Origin: Octopus sinensis
Lineage: Eukaryota
DNA length: 64,000 nucleotides
Assembly (NCBI RefSeq): GCF_006345805.1
Contig: NC_042998.1
Coordinates: 55,366,001 to 55,430,000 of the forward strand
Reading direction: 5' to 3'
The notes under the pieces were generated by a model. The model saw only the letters and a program-made list of their open reading frames with translations. It was not told the DNA's origin and did no database searches. A program made the translations under genes and the position numbers. Below are positions 1 through 12,363 of the stretch, in pieces (within the stretch, counting starts at the first letter, position 1; every line of letters begins with the position of its first letter).

Positions 1-147
1 AATATCGCTCCCATTTATGTATATATGAATATATATGTGTGAGTGTGTGTGTGTGTGTGTGTGTGTTTATGTATGTATGTATGTATGTATGTATGTATGA
101 TGTATGTATGTATGTATGTATGAAATGTATGTATGTATGTATGTATA

Positions 148-345
148 TGTTTGTGTCTGTTGTTCCGCCACATGCGCTTGACAACCGATGTTGGTGTGTT
201 TACGTCCCTGCAAATTAGCGGTTCGGCAAAAGTTAACGATAGAATAAGTACTAAGCTTACAAAGAATAAGTCCTGGGGTCGATTTCTTCGAGTAAAGGTG
301 GTGCTCCAGCATGGCCGCAGTCAAATGACTGAAACAAATAAAAGA
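148..345 (+). mobile_element. SINE family A, 3' half
   Basis: Matches the 3' half of the complete copies at 18997-19368 and 49717-50192 (cttgacaaccgatg...gtgctccagcatggccgcagtcaaatgactgaaacaa). Confidence 0.8.
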
Positions 346-466
346 ATAAAGGAATATATATATATATTTATATATATCAGCAACAATTTAGATTCAAATG
401 AATATGGTACTTAATTTAGATGCACCAGAATCTTGTATGGTGTTACCCATAAAAATTTGCGGGGTG

Positions 467-534
467 ATTATAATCAAAAATAAGCAAGAAGAATGACTCC
501 GGAGTCATTCTTGTTGCTTATTTTTGATTATAAT
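467..534. repeat. 68-bp spacerless palindrome next to (TA)n
   Basis: 467-500 attataatcaaaaataagcaagaagaatgactcc is the reverse complement of 501-534 with one mismatch. Confidence 0.9.
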
Positions 535-831
<297 letters not shown>

Positions 832-1375
832 TTTGTATTATAGAATCATACACATATCTTCTGAAAATATATGCACTACGCACATGAAACGAATCAACAA
901 CATCGAGTCCTGTGTTGCGCGTTGCTATTGACTTTGAAGGACGAGTTAGGTTTAAAGCATTTAGTAATTCATAATATACGCTAACTACATTTAATTTTGA
1001 GGCATATTCAATTGACCTTGCTGTAACATAACACGAAACACAATCTATAAACAGATTGAAACTTATTTCTGAAATATATAAACAAAAACCGGATGATATT
1101 TAGCGCATGAATTTCTCATGTATTCATATCACGTGTTCCAATTTACTCAAACGAAATGTGTGTGTACATATACGTATACACACATACACACACACACACA
1201 TTCTCTCACACAGACACACACATGTTGTTAGATTTATATAAACTTTCGCACGCATACGTAAATTCTGTCTTTGTATTTGTACAAGAAATATATGTATATA
1301 TATATAAATCTATGAATGCATATACACGTATGTACGTATGTGTGTATACATACATACATACATATATATATGGTG

Positions 1376-1418
<43 letters not shown>

Positions 1419-1927
1419 TACACGCACACATGCATAGATAAACGCACTCAAATATATATATAAACATATATATATATAGACATACATTGCACTTATATTA
1501 ATGAATGTGTGTGTGCGTCCGTACATATGTTTGTGTGTGCGTTCGTACATGTGTTTGTGTGTGTGTGTGGTGTGTATATATATATGCGTGTGTGAGTGTG
1601 CGCGCGCGCATATACGCGGGCTAGTGTATGCCGTTGTGCAGAAACTTACATTCATAAATAAATAGAACCATTCAGTGCCTCTAAGAGAAATTTGGGATGG
1701 CAGAACAACACTCTATTGACGCTCCAGGAATTTATGGGTCTAGAAGGTTTTTTTTCTTGAATGGGAAATGGCAAATAGTCATGCTCACATGCTTGGGTCT
1801 TCAGGCTTCGAACCGATGTACATGTTAAGCACCCTTCTTATAACCCTGCTTACATGTAAGTGCGTTTGTATATATACGTAGATATTTGGCGATATAACTT
1901 GTATACGTCACAAACTATCAATGTATT

Positions 1928-2067
1928 CGTATATTCGCCATTTAAATATGGCTAACCCCTAAGGGTGGATGCTACTGTAGCCAGCTGGAGGAGGTGTCCT
2001 CCTGGAGCTACAAACTACAGTAGCATCCACCCTTAGGGGTTATCCATATTTAAATGGCAAATATACG
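1928..2067. repeat. Fold-back: 53-bp inverted arms with a 34-bp spacer
   Basis: 1928-1980 versus the reverse complement of 2015-2067: 51/53 identical. Confidence 0.9.
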
Positions 2068-2162
2068 TCACGATGTGTTGCAGCTACTGTTTATAACTCG
2101 CTCTAAGATTTATTATTGTTATCAATGTATATATTGCGCTATAATTCTATATGTACGTGAAG

Positions 2163-2606
2163 ACGCATGGCGCAGTGGTTAGAGAATCAAGTGGTTAGAG
2201 CATAGCTCAGCGGTAGAGCATGGCTCAGTGGTTAGAGCATGGCTCAGTGGTTAGAGCATGGCTCAGTGGTTAGAACATGGCTCAGTGGTTAGAGCATCGA
2301 GATCATAATCATGAGGTAGTGAGTTCAATTCTCGTACCAGGCTGTGTGTTGTGTTCTTGCGCAAGACTATTTCACGTTGCTCCAGTTAACTCAGCTGTAG
2401 AAATGAGTTGCGATGTCACTGGTGCCAAGCTGTATGGGCCTTTGCCTTTCCCTTGGATAACATCAGTGGCATGGAAAGGGAGGGGAAACTAGTGTGCATG
2501 GGTGACTGCTGGTCCTCCATAAAACAACCTTGCTCGGACTTGTGCCTCGGAGGGTAACTTTCTAGGTGCAATCTTATGGTCATTCATGCTCGAAGGGGGT
2601 CTTTAC
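2163..2606 (+). mobile_element. SINE family C (tRNA-derived) with tandemly amplified A box
   Basis: A box tggctcagtgg repeated; B box gagttcaattctc; body matches 26433-26765 and, reversed, 33411-33702. Confidence 0.85.
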
Positions 2607-3504
2607 ATAGTTCTATACGTAATAAACACACCCAATACAAGCGCGCGCGCATACATGCATATATATAGTGTGTATACAATTACATGCGAGAAGTTCAGAA
2701 CAACAACCAATGCTGAGAGAAGCGAGTTCCTTGAGGTGCAGCTGTCATAACCATACGTATGTGTGTATGCGCGCACTCATGTGTATGTGTATATAGATAT
2801 GTGCGTGTGTATGTATATATATAAACATATGTGCGCACGCAGGTATATGCATGTATGTGTGCGTGGCGGATGTGTGTATGTGTGTGTGTATATATATATA
2901 AATATATATGCATTTGCGCGCGTATGTGCGTGTGTGTGTGTGTGCGCGCACTCATGTGTATGTGTGTATATATGTGTGTGTATGTATGTATATATATATA
3001 TATATAAACATGTGCGTGCGCGACGCGTGTATGCATGTATGTGTGTGCACGGCGGATGTGTGTATGTGTGTGTAATATATGTGTATGTGTGTGTGTGTGC
3101 GTGTATGTGTGTGTGGTGCATATGTTTATACACTATACGCATAAACACATACGCATACGAACACATAGAAAACCTATCTTCCTACATGCCCCCAATTCCT
3201 TTGAACATTCATAACGCTTGCGATGACTGTACATATGGAGCTTACAATCAATAGTATTCATGTTCGCTTCTTATGTTTTGTATCAATCTATTTAGGATGC
3301 CACAAAAATAATTGCGCTCCTTGTTATAAGCAAAACTGTACTAATTGCTAAGGCCAGATAATATCACACCATCAAAGATTTCATTGGTTTTTGTCTACGT
3401 TATTGCATTCCGTATTTGATCATGTATTTCATTTAATTTGCTATCTTTAATTCTTTAATTAGCTTAGCTGAACTTATTGGTTTAATTAGTATATATATAT
3501 ATAT

Positions 3505-3544
<40 letters not shown>

Positions 3545-3639
3545 AATAGTAAAAAGTGAAAAAACTACAGAAGGCTTGTTTTTTCACTTTTTACTATTTT
3601 CTATATATTCAACCACGTGCTTTCACAAACCAACTTTCT

Positions 3640-3698
<59 letters not shown>

Positions 3699-4937
3699 TT
3701 TTTTAGTTTTGGCATTTATGGTCTGTGATACTACATGTATGTGTAAGCATATGTCGATATGCGCGCGCGCGTGTGTGTGTATGTGTGTGGGTGTTTGCAT
3801 GTGAGTGTATGTTCTCGTGTATGCATACATGACTGTATTCGTGCAGGAGACTCGGAAATATAGATCTTAATACATATACATACATACGAACATACATACA
3901 TACAAACATACAAACATATGTACGAATATATATGTGTGTATGTGTGTGTATATAAATATATATAATATGATATATATATGCACATATATATGTGTGTATG
4001 AGTACGTATGTAAATATATATAATATATATATATATGCATATATATATATATATGTGTGCGTGTGTGTATAACAGTATGTGTCCGTATAGCATTCGCAAG
4101 GGAGGTCATCGCTCCCATCTCTAGCCTTGCGTGATACTCACAGACCCGGGTTTCTAGGTTGTTACCTGTCCTTAGTATGTGACAAAAAGCTTTCTCCACT
4201 TGCAAATGCTGTATATTTACAAGTGGATAAAGATTTTGTTGCTAGCCTGTGATTATCTCACACGGAGGACAGGTAATATGAATACATACATCCACATGCA
4301 CTTATATATCAATGATGTACACAAATACAGGACAGGTAAACATAATACTGAAATACGCATAAAGTAAACACATACAGACAAATATATTAATATAACAAGT
4401 TAAAAACATAATAAAACCATACAACCAATGAAGAGACAAAAGAAACAGTAAGAAGATACATGTTGATTTTATTAGGTATTTCTGTTTATTTAGAAACCTA
4501 CAACGAACAGGTCAGACGATAAACTCTAAATTTCACAGGGTATAGCCTTAAAGTTGACACCGCTCCGCTAAACACAGAAAACCTCTGTCGCGCTATTGGC
4601 TAAAAATATACAGTTTTTTCGATTTTTAAACCTCTGTAACTTTTTCCTCTAATTTTTTTTTCTCCACATTATACCTTCAAAGCAACGAGACTGGAAAGCT
4701 ACATTATTATAGCCGATTTTCAGATGTTTTACTGTTTATTAAAAAATGCATATTTTGCGAATAAAAGAAACTAGATCCCACAACGGGCTTCTTTCATTTT
4801 CCGTTTACCAAATCCACTCACAAGGCTTTGTTCGAGAAGAGGCTATAGAATGACTTCGCGCATCTTTCATTTTTCTCTTCTGTTTCTTTTCCGTCTTCTC
4901 ACTCCCCATGTATCATATATATGTGTATATGTATTAA

Positions 4938-5051
<114 letters not shown>

Positions 5052-5061
5052 TTATTTATTT

Positions 5062-5193
5062 ATTTATTTTATAGAAGGAGCTTCTACAGGACTAGAACTG
5101 TTTCATTCAGATGAAATCTTCAGGAAGCTTCCTGAAGATTTCATCTGAATGAAACAGTTCTAGTCCTGTAGAAGCTCCTTCTATAAAATAAAT
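5062..5193. repeat. Perfect 132-bp palindrome (66-bp arms, no spacer)
   Basis: Centre caggaag|cttcctg at 5127/5128; arms match out to atttattttatag / ctataaaataaat. Confidence 0.95.
5126..5176 (+). ncRNA. Type I hammerhead ribozyme fold (mirrored on the minus strand at 5079-5129)
   Basis: Stem I AGCTTC/GAAGCT; core CTGAAGA 5132-5138; stem II TTC/GAA with a U.U base; GAAA 5151-5154; stem III ACAG/CTGT; cleavage triplet GUA ending at 5170. Confidence 0.7.
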
Positions 5194-6510
5194 TACTTTA
5201 CACTGCTATGTATTGAGTATCTTATTTACTGTGGTTAACCCGACTCAACCCGGGACCTACATATATATATATATATTATATATATATATATATTATATAT
5301 ATATATATATATGTATGTATTAAAATGGAGTAGCATTGGTGAAGCATTGTGTATTATTACTTGAAAGATACTCGATAGGTAAGGCTGGAACCATGCGAGA
5401 AGATATAAACTACAAAAGGAAAAGGAAGCAGAACAAAGCAAAACTGATGTTTGCTGCTTTTGGTTGATCTCAGTTTGCTGATAAGGAAAGAACCACATGG
5501 AACATATTGGTTACTATAAATCAGTCGGCGCATGTCACCTTCCTCCGACCTCCTTCATCTTTCTACTTCCTTCTACCCCCTACATCTGAGCAACCACCTT
5601 TTTCATCCCCCGTTTACCGTTTACCACGTATCCTAAGGAAGAGGCCATAGACTCGAAATATAGAAATACAAGATAAAATTGCAACTTCGTTTTCTTTTCT
5701 TCATATATATATATATGGTTGAAATTTACAGAAAAATGAAAGACGAAGAGAGGTGTATGAACAAGCATGTGTATTAGTTTGACGCTCGGGAAAGTGAGAA
5801 AGTCTTTTACATTTCGAGCCTACGCTCTTCAACAGAAAGGAATAAGAGACAATAAACAGAGAATACAAAAAAAAATTGTAGATTTAGCTATTAGGCTATA
5901 TTCCTCTCAGATATGTACGTATTATCACTCCGACCACTTTCTATCGCTTTCCTTTTCTTTCACTCATAAGTTTCTCCTATACTTTTCTTCGGATGAAGGG
6001 CCATCATCCGAAACGTTAGATCACTTTCCCTCCCTTTCAAACATTTTCTGCGAAAATGTATGAAAACCGAAATTTTATAAATTTTATCAATCAATCAAAA
6101 ATCTTTATGAATTATCTTTTGTATCTTGTATGAATGTATGTACTTATGTATATATGAATGCCTGTATGAATGTATGTGTGTATGTATGTATGTATGTATG
6201 TATGTATGTATGTATGTATGTATGTATGTATGTATGTATGTATGTATGCATGCATGCATGCATGTATGTATATATGTATGCATGCATGCATGTATGTATG
6301 TATGTATCTGTGTGTGCATGTATGTATGTATGCTTGCATGCATGTATGTCTGGATGAAAGTTTATATGTATGTATGTGTATGTATGTATTTATGCATGTA
6401 CATATGAATGCTTGCATGCAAGTATGTGTGTATGTATGTATATATGCATGCATGTACAAACTTTGAAAGTTTGTACGAATGTGTATATGTAATATCTGTA
6501 TGTATGTATG

Positions 6511-6541
<31 letters not shown>

Positions 6542-6829
6542 TATATGTATGTATACATGTACGTATGTATGCATGTATATCTGTATTATGCATGTGTCTG
6601 GATATATGTATATGGACTAGTAAGTACATAATCCACGCAAAAGCAGCTGTAAAATCGGATCAGTTTAACCTGAACAATGACACCGCAAATCACTTTGGAT
6701 TGCTCTTTAATTTAACATACTGAGATCAAATCTCGCCGAGGTTAACTTTAATCTCCATCCCTCCGGGCGATAATATCGTATCTACTAATCCCTCCAGCAA
6801 AATTTCAGGTATACTTCAGTTTTTAAAAA

Positions 6830-6830
<1 letters not shown>

Positions 6831-6905
<75 letters not shown>

Positions 6906-6921
6906 CATTATTATTATTATT
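6831..6921. repeat. (ATT)n microsatellite
   Basis: Directly visible; further tracts at 7473-7539 and 9260-9447. Confidence 0.95.
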
Positions 6922-7472
6922 GAGTGAGAGAGCAGTTCATGCCATCAAAGTGACACAGGGGTAAAATATACGAAGCCCAATATACCCATCTTGACTACCC
7001 GTGTGATAAGGGTACACCAGGCACATGCATCACAACCATATGTGCGCGACATGGTGATCTCATATCAAGATAAACAGCGCATGACCTTGCAGGTGGGGCC
7101 CAGTTAGAATTTTCTTCAGGTTGAGTAGCCCATCCCGCTCAAAATGTCCCTGAATAAAGGTTGTTTAAGGATGTTGAAAGAACCACCCATGTTTCCAGAG
7201 GTGAATTATTTAAACTCCAAAGAATCCCTCTCAACACATGGCTATGATGCTCCCCCACTACTTCTTCTCGTGATCAGAGATGCACATATCGTCAGCCACT
7301 AAGGGACATGCTCAACTGGTTACGGTCAAACAACTGACAAGCAAATCTGTGGTATTGAGCAGAATATTTGCTGTAGCCCATCTTTTATACCAAGACAAAA
7401 CAATGTACATGATGATACTTCCAATCAGTTAAGATAAGAAGCCATGAGAGCCACTGCCTGGTACTGCATCAG
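6922..7472. mobile_element. ~550-bp non-coding element bounded on both sides by (TAA)n; probable non-autonomous TAA-targeting retroelement
   Basis: Complex, GC-richer sequence with sharp (ATT)n boundaries and no ORF, adjacent to two R4/Dong remnants. Classification is inferred. Confidence 0.45.
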
Positions 7473-7540
<68 letters not shown>

Positions 7541-7541
<1 letters not shown>

Positions 7542-9261
7542 TAGTTTTATTTTTATAGCGTGCTTTCACTTCACTACCGAGCGCAGCTCTGTGTGCCTTG
7601 GGTATGTGCTGTGATTTGTTGTGATGCTCTGATGGTTATTGTATGGAAAGTGTTCTGCGTAGGATGTGTGCAGTGCCTAGTAGTGCAATTTTCTGTATGT
7701 TATATGTGTTTGTAAGTCCTGGTGTTTTTGTTATGTATTTGTCTGAATATTTTTTTATCATGCCTAATGCACCTACTATGATAGGAATTGTTTCTGTTTT
7801 CAGGTTCCACATTCTAGTTACCTCTATTTCCAGGTCTTTGTATTTTGAGAGTTTCTCCATTTCTTTTAGAGACACGTTGTCATCTGCCGGTATTGATACA
7901 TCAATTAGAAAGCATTTTTTTCTTCATGATCTCTGACAACTATATCTGGTCTGTTGGCCTTAATTTCTCTATCTGTGTGTATCGGCATATCCCAGAGTAT
8001 GGTTGCTTTCTCGTTTTCTGTGACCTTTTCTGGTGTGTGCCTATACCATCTTTTTTCTGTTGTTATTCCATAATGTTGGCATAGCTTCCAATGTATGTAG
8101 GTTCCAACTTTGTCATGTCTGTGAATATATTCCTTCTTAGCCAGGACTGGGCAGCTAGAGATAATATGATTTATTGTTTCTTGTCCATCTCCACATATTC
8201 TGCAGTTACTTGTAATATTTCTTTTCATTACATGTTTTTGGTAATTTCTGGTGGGGAGGCTTTGGTCTTGTGCTGCAATTAAAAATCCCTCTGTTTCTGC
8301 TTTGAGTCCTGAGCTTCTCAACCATTGCTGGGATTTTTCTTTGTCTATTTCTTTTGCGTTTAGTTTAGTCCAGTATTTACCATGAAGGGGTTTTCTTGCC
8401 ATCGTTTTATCATGGCTCGTTGCTGTTCTATTTTTAGTTTGGATTTCATTTGTTTTATAGCTTTTGTTGTTTCTTCATCATCTTCTTCTTCTTCGTTGAG
8501 CTTATTAGGTGGTATGATTTCTTGTTTGTATTTGTCAGCTTCCTTAAATACTGAGAACAGTTTTTGTTTTGCTCGTGTTTTGCTGCTATCTGGATCAGTT
8601 TTCCTTCCTTCTGAAGTAGGTATTTTTGCAGTCCTATGGTGGTTATTTTATTGTAGTTTTCCAGCTGTATAAGGCCTCTACCACCTTCTATACGTTGTAT
8701 ATATAGTCTTTCTATGTCAGATTTTGGGTGATGCATCCTAGATCCTGTCAGTATTTTTCTTGTTTTCCTATCTATTTTGGACAGTTCATTTCGTGTCCAG
8801 TTAAGGATATTGTAGCTGTAACTTATAACTGGGACAGCTAAAGTGTTGATACCTATTATCTTGTTTTAGCATTGAGCTCTGTTTTTAGTATTGATCTAAC
8901 ACGTCTATAATATTCTTTTTTTATTTTCTCTTTCATTGTGTGTGTTGTGTCTTATCTAGTTCATGGATTCCTTAGTATTTGTAAGTTTGGCTTTGGTCTA
9001 ATTCTTTTATTTCATTGGTTTTATCTAGTGTGATGTTGTTACTCTTAACTAGTTTTCCTCTTTTCATGGTTACTTTGGCGCATTTTTCTAATCCAAATTT
9101 CATATCTATTTCTTTGGTAAATCCATGAACTGTCTTTAATAGTGTTTCCAGCTGTTTGACATTTGCAGCGTATAGTTTTAGGTCATCCATATATAAAAGG
9201 TGGCTGATCGTTTTGCCGTAACATTTATATCCGCATCCAGTTCTATTTAGCATATCAGATA
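7541..9261 (-). mobile_element. R4/Dong-clade non-LTR retrotransposon (RT + RLE), 5'-truncated and frameshifted
   Basis: ORF pieces give RT HLLYMDDLKLY (8972-9253), thumb GGRGL (8455-8736), CRICGDGQETINHIISSC, RHD and NRPDIV (7905-8402), and KEMEKLSKYKDL...IPIIVGALG (7636-7875). (TAA)n on both flanks. Confidence 0.88.
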
Positions 9262-9332
9262 TTATTATTATTATTACTATTATTACTATTATTACTATTA
9301 TTATTATTACTATTTAGCATATCAGATTATTA

Positions 9333-9430
<98 letters not shown>

Positions 9431-9447
9431 CATTATTATTATTATTT

Positions 9448-10130
9448 CATGTTTGAATTTTGCTTTACATTTGTATAAGTTGGCTCCAAATCTCATCCAG
9501 AGACCTTAAAGACAACAAGTTAGAAGTTCATGTTGGTGTTATGCCTAGGGTGCCATATATTTGGCTTTCTAGAGGAAATTTAAGAAACCATAAGAAATTT
9601 ATGTTTGTTTTAAAATTTGAGATTCCATAGACAGTAGTTTACGTAGAATATGGGCACTTCCCATGAGTGCTATCTTTTGACTTTCTGCCATTTTTGGGTT
9701 TCCTGGTATCTGAGCTAGGTAGCAATCAGCCCCTTTTGCTATCATTCCTAGGGTACTTATGATAACAAGTATTGTTTTAGTCTTCAGGGTCTATATTTTG
9801 CTAATTTCTATTTCAAGATCTTTATACTTGCTCAATTTTTGGTAGGTCTTGACAGATACGTTTATATCAGCTGGGAGTCATATCAATGAGGAGGCAGGAT
9901 TTTTGTCTGAAGTCTTTTGATATGATATGGCCTATTTGCATCTAGCTTTCTGTCAGTTTGAATGCTGAAGTTCCAGAGGAGTGAGATGTGACAATTTACA
10001 AGCACTGGAGGGGGTTTGTGCTCCCACCAGTTTTTATCATGGAGCAAGTCCATGTTTTTGCAAATTACCCAGTGAATATATTGTGCAGCTCTATCATGCC
10101 TGTTGAGATATTCTGTAGGCGCTAGAAGTC
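9448..10130 (-). mobile_element. Second, diverged R4/Dong-type 3' fragment
   Basis: Minus-strand translation gives RHDRAAQYIHW...LLWNFSIQTDRKLDANRP...LSKYKDLEIEI...KIALMGSAHILRK, followed by a 3' UTR and (TAA)n. Confidence 0.8.
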
Positions 10131-10136
10131 TTTAAC

Positions 10137-10595
10137 ACCAGACATCGTTGTTCTTCAGCAAGCTAACACATCCAGTATTGAAATGATCCTCATACGCAAT
10201 CAGATGCGTTAGATTGAGCACTTTTCAAGGATGCAGAATGACAGGTTGCTAGAGTAGTTGTTTTACGGGGAGTTGCTGCGTGGAAAACGTCCGAGACATA
10301 AACCTAAGAAACGTTTTAGGGATGCTGTCAAAAACAAACTTAAGGCTCTTAATGTGAAAGTTGAAGACCGGGAGCAGATAACGCAAGATCGATTGGTTTG
10401 GAAACAAATGGATCTACAATAGATGTAAAGCATTTGAAGTTCGAAGATTGAACAATCTGTCTTGAAACGAGCACTTCATAGACAGGATTTGATTACTATC
10501 CCAGACACTTTTCTGCTGAAAAATATTTGTAAGACATGCAGTAGAGTTTGTTTGTGGAGAGCAGGACTTGCTAGGCACATATGATCTCATGACAG
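10137..10595 (+). mobile_element. RTE-clade LINE C-terminal fragment
   Basis: Translates as ...LFYGELLRGKRPRHKPKKRFRDAVKNNLK..., ending in a C2H2-like CKTCSRVC...LARH; contains stops. Confidence 0.75.
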
Positions 10596-11850
10596 TATTT
10601 TTTAATTGAAGAGATGGCTTTCTTCTGTAAAAAAGTGGCAATCCTCATACACACACACACACGTATGTATATGTATACATATCTATACGTGCATATGCAT
10701 ATATGTAAATATATATGAGTATATATTTGTATGCGAATATATGTATATATATCTGTATATATATTTGTGTATGCGTGAAAATGTATGCATATGCATATAC
10801 ATATATACATATGTATATATATATATATACTCATACACACACATTTATTCACACATCTCTGCGACAACAATGAGACTTTCGAGTAGAGACGTAGGGTACT
10901 GTATGCAGTCAATTAGTGCATATAAGCAAATGTCTGCAACTACACATACAAATTGTGAAAATAAATATAAGAACATGAATATACTAAGAAAGATATATAT
11001 ACAAGCACTTATAGAGACATATATAGGCGCCTAAGTACGCGTATGTTCATATATAATCACTCAGAGACGACAGACTAATGACCTAAAATTGTTGATACGC
11101 CACCACTCAGGCATATACACACATATTTATATATGTATATATATTTATATATAATGCTAATTTAACTGAAAACTAATTTTAAAATGATTACTGGAATAGA
11201 GAAAGGAAAAGTTTTATGTTTGTCAAAACAAAATGTGGTCGCCTTCGAGTATACATGCTAATTCGGTCTTCGTTACGGTGTTAGAGCAAAATACAGAACG
11301 AAGTAATTCTGGTCTTGTTACAACAGAACAGGTATACAGATATACGCAAATATGTATATACACACACTTACTCCCTCTCTCTCTCTCTCTCTCTCTAACA
11401 CACACACATACGTGCGTAGTTTGAGTTGATATAACAGGCAGAACTCGCATCCCGATTGTAAGCTCCTGGTTTGGCTACGTTAGAAACCATAATTCAAAAT
11501 TATATTATTCCTGTGCGTGAGAAATTAGATTTCATGGTTATTTCAGTAATGATGTTAAATATTTACCAAAGCATAGAATTAATCATTTTCTGCAAGTCAC
11601 GTTGCCTCAACAAACTTCACATGTCTCACAACATTAAAAAAAAAAATGCCTCAAGCATGAAATTCCACAATAAAAGAGAGATTGGTATATAAAACTACTT
11701 TTTTCCACAGTTTAAGGTATTGAACTTTTTAGTGGATTTATCTGATTTCCTCAGTAAAAAGGCTAAAATAGCCTTGCATGTATATGCTAGAAATATTTAG
11801 GCTAAGCTGACAAGGAATTTGTTTTGTGACTTTCACTTGTAACTCAAATG

Positions 11851-12009
11851 CAGGGCGGCTCAATGTACCCGTAACTCGGGCAGTCACCCGGGGCGCCATG
11901 TCCTAGGGGGCGCCAAGGAGGGCGTGACATAGACAAGGAAATTTCCACGACCGTCAGCTTGTACAAGTTCAGCTTGCCCGAGTCGCCAGCAACCCTAGGG
12001 CTGGCCCTG
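11851..12009. mobile_element. hAT-type MITE, 159 bp
   Basis: Termini cagggcggc / gctggccctg; exact 8-bp TSD ctcaaatg at 11843-11850 and 12010-12017; GC-rich island. Confidence 0.8.
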
Positions 12010-12159
12010 CTCAAATGTAATGGATTTTGTCCTTACTGAGTGGTCAATGAGATTCATTTGGAGTCATGTATTGGATTTGAATTGAGATTCACTTTACTGC
12101 AAATAATTGTGGTCTTTTGCCTGTACGAAAGCACGGTTTTAAAAATACATTGGTCACAA

Positions 12160-12363
12160 ATTTTGGCACAAGGCCAGCAATTTCGGGGGAAAGGTTAAGT
12201 CGATTATATGGACCCCAGTGCTCAACTGGTACTTATTTTATCAACCGCGAAAGATGATAAGAAAAGTATTCTCCGTTGACTTTCGAACTCAGAACGTACA
12301 TCTGTAGAAATACCGTTAAGCATTTTATCCGCCGTAATAACGATCCTGTCCGCTCACCGCCTT
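12160..12363 (-). mobile_element. SINE family B
   Basis: Reverse match to the family B copies at 45061 and 61118. Confidence 0.7.

Noticed and set aside
7400-7472. U2 snRNA-like or HDV-ribozyme-like sequence at the end of the TAA-bounded element
   Set aside because: Only superficial similarity; the required helices could not be assembled by eye.
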